From positions 14,446,001 through 14,510,000 of the forward strand of contig NC_135258.1 of the NCBI RefSeq assembly GCF_964204865.1: 64,000 nucleotides of DNA, read 5' to 3'. This DNA comes from Styela clava. Taxonomy: Eukaryota. The position numbers and the translations under genes are program-made. The notes under the pieces are model-generated. The model was not told the DNA's origin. It searched no databases and saw only the letters and a program-made list of their open reading frames with translations. Shown piece by piece: positions 53,401-64,000 of the stretch (positions within the stretch are counted from its first letter, which is position 1; every line of letters begins with the position of its first letter).

Positions 53401-53616
53401 ATTTCATCATATATTCTATAAATGATGCATGCTTCTTTGAACTTTTGGAACTGTTGTTTCGCTTACACAGTAGTCATAATGAATGCGTTCATTTTTAGGC
53501 GACAACACTTGACAAAAAAGAAGACATTAAATGCTCTAATAGAGGAAAATCTCTCACTTGAATATAGAGAAGAACTTATTCAAGTAGCATATGCAGGAAA
53601 TAATATCTTGCCTTGA
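47473..53616 (+). CDS. CENPT: Centromere protein T (inner kinetochore, C-terminal histone fold), ~13 exons
   Basis: N-terminal ETPRTLFSSML and PTPKGLIDDVL motifs, long low-complexity linker. C-terminal EAFEEIEDVSRQYFENTMNDLE..KKIISSEDVVRLMKRRQ..LNALIEENLSLEYREELIQVAYAGNNILP* matches the CENP-T histone fold (LPLEYRQLLIPCAYSGNSVFP). Internal exon boundaries are approximate. Confidence 0.85.
49276..49368. mobile_element. Short palindromic MITE in a CENP-T intron
   Basis: GGGACCTCCTGAAGTATA..CACAACCTGAA / TTCAGGTTGTG..TATACTTCAGGAGTACCC, flanked on both sides by TTAAAT. Confidence 0.7.
52010..52319. mobile_element. hAT-like MITE in a CENP-T intron
   Basis: CAGCGTTTCTCA ... TGGGAAACACTG; flanks GTTTAAAG / GTTGAAGG. 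Confidence 0.7.
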
Positions 53617-55638
53617 TCGAATGAATAGTGCATGTAGTCATAATATCTTGAGGCCTAATAAGATTCGAGTTCTGTTATTAGAATGTGATTGCCGATTTTC
53701 TGACAGATTCATTGCACACCAATCATGAGTGGGTATGATCTGCTGACAAGGGAGAGTATGAAAGGTATGCTGACAACTGTTGAGCATCAACCAGTATTGA
53801 ATTAAAATAAATTCAACATGTCACTTGGGGTACAATTCATTATTATAAAGCTTGTTTATGTGGTTTTTGTTTTAGTTCATTAAAATTTCGAATATTTCTG
53901 AGAATTTGTGTTCTTTTCCAGAAGAAGGGGTTGTACTGCATTCTGAATTAGTTATTCTTTTACGTCAATTTATGTAAGTTCGCGCAAATACCTTCCTATT
54001 CTTAATGTTGCGGGTAGCGCTGCATCTGTGACACGCCTCGTAGTTCGGGACTGTTTTACGTAAAAATAGAGCCAAGGACGAACTTTAATCTTTTCCAACC
54101 AGTAAAAATCGATCTCGAAGTTGCCGCTACCGGAAAAGCATTGAGCAGTTTCACATTTCTAGAAGTGTTTATGCCACTTGGTTTGGAAACTTTTTTCGAT
54201 AAAATTTTGTACGTTATAAACGTTTCCCAAATTTTGTTGGAGTATTTCACGTCACTTCTTTTAGCTGTCGGCGTGTAAAAAGTTGTTTACACTTTGCACC
54301 CGTTCGGTACAGATCCATGCTGGTTTGTTTTCTTATGGTGCTCACAGTGCGCAGTTTTATTATGGTTATGCCACAAACGCGGTGCGTATAAGGATATAGG
54401 TAGGTATGTACCTATTTGTCTTGTGATGTTTTGTCATCATTTCAAATAATTCGCTTGACATCAATTAAATTGACATCAAAGAATATGTATATGATGGCCA
54501 GCAAATTATTCACATGACCCGCCGAACAAATCAACGTGTCCTTCGTTGGGTATGGGTATATGATAGTATTATAAAACCGTATCTTTGGAAAGCAGCTTCT
54601 AAACTGGGCCAGGCGATATTGCTTTATCAAAAGCCGGTTGTTGTTTCTCGCAGTTCGTGATAATTTCTTTATTTACCTGTGAACAAGCAAGAGGCTGAAA
54701 CAAAGTGTAGCTGAAGGAAAATGTTAATATCGCAATCAGAAAAAATTTGTGTTGAGTTGTGCGTTTTATTTTGATTTCCCCGAAAAAAGCACACACAGAA
54801 CAAAACAGTGAACTGGGAGAGCCGGCAAGACCTCTATGGTTCCAAAATATATATGTTCCAGTGTACAGGTGTACACTGCAGACATGGTGGATTCCAATTT
54901 AAAATTGTATACATCAAATTGAATATGATTGGGCTGTGTTTATCGTCTGGGATTTGTTTACACCACCCACATCCTGACATTTCTGCATTTAAAGGAAACC
55001 AATAACTTGATTGAGATGAACAAGTGCAAATTAGTGCTGTAGTGTCTCACAGTCTTAGGTGAAGAAAACAGTGTCAGAAATCGGGAAATAGTAATAAATT
55101 ATTAAGGTCATTGAACAGTTTGGTTTGAATAAAAGCCCACCTGAGTGCTGTGGCAAAAGAGAGGTGCAATGTCTGAATGTAGTTCCATATAAAATGCTTG
55201 GCCATTTCTTTCTCCCTAGTTCTTGTGTGCTTATGTAAAATTGGACTTTCGAGTCCTTATTCCTTTATTATCGTGTTTTTTCGTTTGCCGAATCAAAAAT
55301 TCTGTCTCTCCGAAGTATACCCAACTTTGAATTACACAGTAGAAAACCATCAATCTGACAGTTTTCCTAATAAATAATACTCTACATTATTTGTATGGCA
55401 TAGTGCAATTGTAGTATATATCATCACAATATCATAAGATTATTTTGTATTGCATGGAATTAAAATTATATGCGTTTAAATTACATTTACTTATCGGTAT
55501 ATTCCTGTTCCAGTACTGCTTTATTAAAGTATTGACAACTTCTATAAAATTTATAGAAAATAAACAGGTTTAATACTGAAACAAATGAAAAATTGTTTTT
55601 ATTCTAGCAAATACCATTACGGTAAGTATATAGTTTGA

Positions 55639-56403
<765 letters not shown>

Positions 56404-57228
56404 TCTTGTTGTTACTACATCATTTGTGCTGCCAATTTTTTTTATTCCATTACTGTTTTTAATCAAATTCCATTTTTGAATAGTCGTGTGTAACGATTTG
56501 TAGGCACAAATTCAAGGTTAGAAATCGAAGATATTTTGGGATTTGCTTAAAGAAAATCTCTAGGTTTCCCCTCAGTTTCAAGTTGTCCTCTATTTGGCAT
56601 GGCAACTTTTTGTCCATCCATTCTGATATACTAGGGAATAGTAAATTTTTCAATTTTTCGCAATGTGAGGGCTATAATTTGCATGTAAAACACGTTTCTT
56701 AACATCATTTTATGGTGGTGTACATTTTGGGAAAAGTAGCAATCCAATTACAAGGATCAAGATGTAGTTCCATGAACAATTAATGATATCCATTAATAGG
56801 ATTTAAGTTGACTTGCTTACTAACTGTACAGCATGTTTTAATTAACAAAGTGACAGTACAGAATGGGAATAAATACATGCCAAATAAGCATGTTCCATCT
56901 ACCATATCATTCTTCCATACTCAGCATTTGATTTAGTTGTGTGGTATAAGAATTGCTTTGTTTGCAATTTAAGGATCAACCTACATTAACAAAGGATTTT
57001 TATTTAGATTGATAAAGCATTTCAAACATTCCAACCATTGTGCCTTTTCCTGAAATTGAGTGGTGGTATGGGTATAATACCAATATATTTCACCACGTGT
57101 TACATGCTTTAAGATTACTTCACTCAAATTTTTGTTTCTATTATCCAATTCGCTTATTTTCCAGGAAGTAACTGTATAACTCATAGATAGTTTTAGATAT
57201 ATATTTATAAAATTGTTTATTCACCAAT

Positions 57229-60200
57229 ATGACGTTTCAATGGTTAGTTGTGTCGTTTTTCTTATACTCTGAAATAGGATTGTGTGTGTTATTATGTCTA
57301 CCATTTATTCAACCAAAGAGGTAAGATTTCTTATGATTCATTTTTACAGTATCATTTCTAGTTCTAGACAGTTGTATGCATTGAGCTTGGGACTTGCGGT
57401 ATCTAGATTCGCGACTTAATCTTAATCCTATATTTCGTATCTGCAAACTATATTTTGTCAATCACTTTTTAATGGCAATTATTTGCAATGGATTGAGCAT
57501 ATTTAATAACAACTGTATTGCTGCAGTGGACCTAGCCATTTTAAGATTTTGAGAAAAACCTAACCCAAAAAATCAAAAAAGTCTATGAGGTTTTAAAATC
57601 TAACCCCAAAATAAGGCACCACCTGAAAACAAGACTAAAACCGGACCCAATGATGACTCCTCCCACCTGGTTCATATCGATATAAATTTAAAAACGTCCA
57701 TTTCTGAAGTATGTGACATAAGCTTCTTTGGTTTTACTGCATGTTACAATGCCATTAGTCCAAATGATTATCATTATAGGAGTGATTTCTTTATAGTCAT
57801 TCTGTTATTCAAAATGGGTATGTAAAAAACCACAAATCACGACACTTGAGTATTTTTAATTGAACAGTCAATTTCTTGGCCCAGTAAACTTTCATTGATT
57901 CAAATGATTAGGATGTATGTCAATGTCAGTTGTCAAGACTGTCTGTGTAATATGCTGATCAAATGTTACGTTTTGCAAACATGGAATATGTTTTACTCAT
58001 ATTTTGAATATTTACACTAGCTTGTAAATTAAAATGGACACTTAATTCTGTTACACTGAATTGATAATGTCAACCATTTTATTTTAATGCTCCACTTTTA
58101 TCATTTTGCTATATTTTTGCAGATGGCAGTATGTTTTCAAATCTCGTCTGCTAGCATTTTTTGTGACATATGGTAACCTGTATTTTGGAGTGTTCATTGC
58201 GGTATTGGTGTTACTTTTTGCAGGTATGGTTAATAATGATCTGTTATTGTAATATTGAACATACTGATATCAATATATCTAGATATTCATTACATCTATA
58301 TAACAACAAAAGTTGCTTGGGTATATCTATAAACTGTATATTTTGAAGCTATTTTTTAATATTCAGTTCAATCAAAAATCTCGAAATAATGGCACTATAT
58401 CAAGGAAAATGCAAGATATTCACAACTTATTAAAAGATTGATTCTCTTAAAAACAATCTATTTCAATGTGATCAAAAAAAATGACCTCTAACAAAAATAA
58501 GCAAGTTATTTTGCTCAAATTAACAATTCCTAGAAAAAAAACCATTGGTTGACAAGTGGACCTAGTTTTGTAATATCAGATGTATATATTCTGTAATATA
58601 TTGGTTCAAATCAATGCAACTTTGATTGATACTTTTGTAACCTACAAAACGTTGAATAATTTTGTAGATGCTATACGTGAAGTGCGAAAGTACTCTATTC
58701 CAAATGCTCAACAAGTGGATCTCAAAAATAATCCTAATGCACAGGATCATGTGTTGATGATGCTATTCAGAGCTCAGAGAAATTTGTACATCACTGGTTT
58801 TGCTTTGTTCATGCTGGTGTAAGTAACCTATTCCTATTTGGTATGTTTTTGACAATTTACAAGGTACTGTGACCGTCCATAAAAAAATTTATGATATTAT
58901 TTCGACAAAGTAAAATGCATTGATTTTCTATGTTTATGTTAGAGAAATTTCATAATTTATGTACTTGATAATTCAACTTCATGATCCCTAGATCGCTATG
59001 GCGACCAATTTAGATTTCTTTTTCCATGGAACACTGGGAAGACGCTCGCGAAACACAGTTTGGGAAAGCCGCGCTAGGCTATCACACCATCTAAGCTCAC
59101 CCAAATGAGTGTAACCTAAAACTCACTGACTACCTAATTCACTAAGTTGAATCTAGTTGTTATATTTCACTTATATTCTTTCAAGGGTTCTTCGTCGTCT
59201 CACTACATTAATTTCTGACTCTGCTACACTTATAGCAAGTAACGAAGCAATTAAAAAGCAAGCTGAAAGCGCAAGCAAAGCTGCAGAGGTAAACACTTTA
59301 GATATCAATATATTTGCGTCCACAAGGTAAAGAGAATGTTTAAATTTGTATGCGTTATTTGTTTACAGGCGTTGCTGAAATCCAAGGAAAACAAAGATGG
59401 CAGTGATGTTGATGCGGTAGATGTAGAAGAGCTAAAGAAGGAACTTGATGAAGTGAAAGAAAAATTATCTGATGCTAGAAAAGGTTTGATTTTACTAAAT
59501 TGCACAATCTCAATAATTAAAGTCAATACTTTTCAATAATTGTAAAAAAAAATTTGGGGTGTCATTACAAAATTGTGACAATTCGCTCACCCATTACCTA
59601 GTCCAGGGCGGTGCAATGTTGTCGGCTCCAGTGGCCACAAAATTAATTTGGCATTGTTCGTGGACCACAATAGTGCCAAGAATAGGTAAACAGTGCAACA
59701 CAGAATAAACACTTTTATTGTGAAAACACATTGATAAGTATGTTATTTATCAAGATCAAAAACCACAGAGTTGTTTGGCCATAACATTAATAATTAGTTA
59801 TCAGGCATAGCCAACATAAGCCGATAGAATCCACATTCGATTTTTAGTTTTCTATGATGCCAAAATTGTTAGCATATATTTTCGACCAAAAAGATAAAAA
59901 GCCAGATAAGAATTTGGGCTGCCAAGCACATCATTCAACTTGCCGCAGTTAGCCATACCACTAGTCAATTCAGTGACATTAGTGATGTAACAATAATATG
60001 TCAAAAGATTTTTCTCGTTAATTTTATGACGAAACAACACCAAATGCGATTTTTTAATTACTCATCGAATTCGACGCGGGCCAGAGATAATGAAGGTGTG
60101 GGCCTAGGTTTGGACCACCCTGACCTAGTCGATGCAGCATCTTTTCAAAAGATTGCGTTGTTCTCAATCTATTTTTCTCTTATCTTACCATGTTAATAGT

Positions 60201-60422
60201 TCCTTTTGCCACTGATAAAAAGTGTGTTGATGTTTATTAACCTACATATACCATAATAATTTTCTGGTACTTTTGTATTTAGCTGAAACGAAAGCACAGA
60301 ATGACTTGAATGCAATGAAACAACAAGCTGAAGGTGTTACGAGAGAGTATGACAATCTAATGGAGAAGTTCACTGAACTGCAGAATCAAGTTGAAGGCAG
60401 TGGAGATAAAAAAGATGAATGA
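57229..60422 (+). CDS. BCAP31: B-cell receptor-associated protein 31/29 (ER membrane chaperone), 6 exons
   Basis: MTFQWLVVSFFLYSEIGLCVLLCLPFIQPKRWQYVFKSRL, DAIREVRKY, LFRAQRNLYITGFALF, coiled coil, and C-terminal KKDE* (KKXX ER retrieval signal). Exons ~57229-57320, 58123-58223, 58669-58818, 59187-59288, 59369-59483, 60282-60422. Confidence 0.92.
59604..60122. mobile_element. hAT-like MITE in the last BCAP31 intron
   Basis: CAGGGCGGTGCAA ... TTGGACCACCCTG with perfect 8-bp TSD ACCTAGTC. Confidence 0.85.
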
Positions 60423-62501
60423 AGTGATTTGCAAGCTTACCAATGCATGATTTTGCGGTACTTTCTGATTCAATATTGCTTGCTCTGATGCAATCAGAAA
60501 ACTTACTTAAGAATTAAGGACATTTTAGTATATAATAAATTGTATATCATACTGTGGAGAAAAAAATATGAGACTCTTATATGGGTATCTACTGAAAAAA
60601 AAAAAGGATATAAATTGGTGTGAATCCCAACATATTATCTACAAAAGTTTTTCAGAATGTTTCATTGGTCATCCATGGACATTCGCTATTATATCATTCT
60701 AACCAAATATTCATATGGAGAAGTTTTCACTTTACAGTCTGCATATGAGCTGTAGTGCACTTCATTATAATATCTTGCTCATATATTGCTGTTATAAATA
60801 GCTATTTGCTGATGTTGTGCTTTTGAGTAACTTGCATGCATGTGTATTATGTTCATAATATCTTCTGATTTTACGTGAATGAGCTAATGTTTATAATAGC
60901 CTGAAACTGATATATATCATTGTCTGTGGGATTTAATGTAGTATCTATATTGTTCATTGATGTACATAAGCTGAATAAAAGAACTGCCTTCACTATATTA
61001 TATGAAGTAAATTTGCGACATTTTTTGTGGTGCTGAATCGTTTGTTAGTATTTAAATTTACGTTGAGGGGAATGGGATCCTGTGGGGCTAATTGTGTGCA
61101 AGAGGATTGCTGGACCCCTCGCCAGCCGTTGTCAAGTCATCTGAAACGAATAACTGGCGAACAAACCCCATAGCAACATGTACTAGAGGAGAGAAATACC
61201 CCATATGCTTTCCCCCCGGATAAATATGTAAATCCAATTCGAGTAAAAATTCTGAAATGGTTCATGGTCATTGCAGAAACGAGCACTAACTATGTAATAT
61301 GGTTTGGAAGAATCTTCCAGTTTCGGTGCAGCCGACCCAATTAATTACGCTGCGGAGATGGGTTTGGACCAGCAGTGTCATCATGGATGGTTATACCTAA
61401 TAATTTGATAATCACTAGGTTGCTATTCGAAACAAATATTGACTTCATAGTAACAGAAGTTGAATAACAAATGCTCAACATTTAATACCTTACACTACAA
61501 TAACCCCGAAAATCAAGATCTAACCATAGCTACATCGGATATAACCAATTATTCCAACCACATAACTCCTGCAGGACAAGGGACATATTACTGATAAAGT
61601 TATATAATCACACAATTGGAATATTTTTTGGTAATATTGTATGCTACTTAACAACTGCATTGTAATACCTACGCAAGCCGCATAGGCACACCAAATATGG
61701 AGTATTGAAGTTTTATTATATATTTTTTGACAGAAATATGAAAAAAAAGAGTAGAGTATGGTCAATGGCATCAGAAGTTATTTACCGCATGTTTCATTAA
61801 CACTATCATAAAGAAGTGAAGCTATGTGCCAGACAAGCAAAGACAAAAATTAATAAAATAAATGATGAACAACAAAAGTATTTGATTAACTTACAAATAC
61901 AAAATTGCAGCAATTTTAAGACAGATAAACCATCTGGAGATTCTGCAAACTTTTTAAAAACAGATCTCAAACACAAAATATAGATGTAGTTGAATTGGTA
62001 CGTAATAATGAATACAAACGAATGTTGAAGTTATAAATGGTTGGAGGTGATTCTTTTAAGCAATGGAATATATTTAAATACTGATCGAAGAGTTGGAATA
62101 TATAGACTATTAATAGTACTGGACTGGAATTTAACAGCAAAAAAGATAACCAAGCTAGAAAAAAATAATTCATCATGTTACATTGATGATTATCAGCACA
62201 ACAACACTCCATATTTTAAGACTGCCTTATACCATCTGCATTGTTGTCAATAATGAAGAAAACCAATTTTTGTTAGTTATTTTTAACAAGGCACTGGGCA
62301 AGCAGAATCTTGATTGGGGAGACATTAATTTTAGAAGCATCAACCTTAATGCCTGGATAATCAAGTTCCATCACACTCTAATTTGTAGTTCTCTGATACG
62401 CCTTGTTATTATGCATTTGGTGAATTACATGGTAGGTTTAGTAGATAAATACAACACTAGTTTGATTGTAATAATGCCAACGAAATATAGATGTTCTAGA
62501 A

Positions 62502-62949
62502 CAGGGGTCGGCAACCTACGGCCCGCGGAGCAATATAATCCGGCCCGCAACGCTTCACTGAATTATAGTAACAAAACAGCTGTTTAGGCGACCATATTCT
62601 TTACGTAACAGAATTTATTTTGAGATAGTGTAGACTAAATTATATTATAACCTAACAAGTATATAATTCACAATTACTCGTTTAATGAGCCTGTAATTTA
62701 ATTATAATTAGACAAATGCCAACGAAACGCAGAAAAGTTGATGCTAAGTGCAAATGGTTTAACAGCGCAGAAAATATTCAAATGGTCAGTCTTCGCGCGC
62801 TGCTTAAAATCTAACTTCTGATCTGTGTGATAATATGTGATTCATCGACCATCCGTTCGGTTTTTAACTTTCTGAAAATATGTGCGGCCCACCAATGACT
62901 TGCAACCTTAAATTTTGGCCAGTGAGCGACAAAAGGTTGCCGACCCCCG
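62502..62949. mobile_element. hAT (Charlie-like) MITE
   Basis: CAGGGGTCGGCAACCT ... AGGTTGCCGACCCCCG, CGGCCCGC subterminal motifs, NTCTAGNN-type flanks (TTCTAGAA / CTCTAGGA). Confidence 0.85.
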
Positions 62950-63910
62950 CTCTAGGAAATAGGTAAATTTAACATGTTAATGGCAGAAACAATAAATTCC
63001 TCCACTAGATGCGAGAAAAGTTCAATAATACACAAAACACAAATATTTGAAATGTAAATAAAAAATGCCCGAATGAAATCCTGGGCTGCTGAATTTGAGA
63101 AGATTTCTTACAGATGTAGAAATATGAAGATAAATAAAACATTACCCTATGTTTGACATCTTATATTTAATTGAACATTGATATATGTAACTTTTCTAAT
63201 GGTATATGATATGAACTAAAGACATGTAAAAGAGTATAATATTTTCAATCATTGAAAAAAATATGTCGGCTTTGCACTAAATGTTTACCAATGATGATCT
63301 GAAAATTTATCGGACAATCTGAAAATATGTTTCACTTTTGAAGATTTCACTTGGTCTCGGATTCAACAATATTTCTTGTCTCGTACCAAGCATATAAAAT
63401 AAGGCTTTAAATATACAATACTACTACTCGCATATCAATTTACTTCTCCGAAAAATGGTCCCAATGATCTTTTAATTCCAGATATTTATGCTATGACATT
63501 GTAACTTTTACAAAAGCATACTAAACAATAATATTTGACAGGACAGATGATAAAATTTCAAATTTTATTATCGAGATATAGCAGTGCTCTTCAACAGGGG
63601 TTCCGCAATACATGCAGTTGGGTTCCGTGAGTTTATAGGGTTCCTTGAGGGTTCCGCGTTTTTTTTCAGGGGAAATCATTTCATGCTTCAGCATGTTGAT
63701 GCGTTGCCGGGAAGTTGTTTAAAGAGTGTAGACATGAGCATGAGAATTCAAGAAGATAGCAAAGGAAATGCAAGAACAACTTAGTCATTGAATTTCACGC
63801 TTGTTACCTTCTTTCTGTTTCGTTGTTGAAGTAGAAATATTTGAATTACAAATATTTCGTGTTACGAGTATTTCATGTTTTTTTTTTAATTTTGGTAATT
63901 GGGGTTCCAT

Positions 63911-64000
63911 ACAGGGTTGTCCAAAACGAATCGAATATTCGAATGTATTCGAATATCAAGGTATTCGAATACCTTTTCGGCTGATTTTCGAATAATTCCG
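63911..64000. mobile_element. Left end of a probable hAT-like element truncated by the window edge
   Basis: CAGGGTTGTCC terminus followed by repeated ATTCGAAT subterminal motifs. Confidence 0.5.

Overview
AT-rich, gene-dense eukaryotic (animal) DNA with short GT-AG introns. Compact gene spacing, chordate-like orthologues and the repeat content suggest an ascidian/tunicate, but this is inference. Twelve protein-coding genes can be assembled by hand: an RDH11/12/13-type SDR (+), a TSPAN12-like tetraspanin with a ~300-aa cytoplasmic tail (+), IRAK4 (-) head-to-head with PSME3 (+), a tightly packed same-strand run of BOLA2, TRMT1L-like and XPC (+), the complex III assembly microproteins SMIM4/UQCC5 and BRAWNIN/UQCC6 (-), CENP-T (+), METTL1 (+) and BCAP31/29 (+). 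SMIM4 and BRAWNIN are only 19 nt apart and look bicistronic; the BRAWNIN ORF is absent from the supplied ORF track. Introns and intergenic DNA carry many non-autonomous DNA transposons (hAT-like with 8-bp TSDs, TA-flanked pogo/Tc1-like, one three-level nest) and tRNA-derived SINEs. All gene names rest on recalled similarity, not on database searches, and exon boundaries were read by eye.
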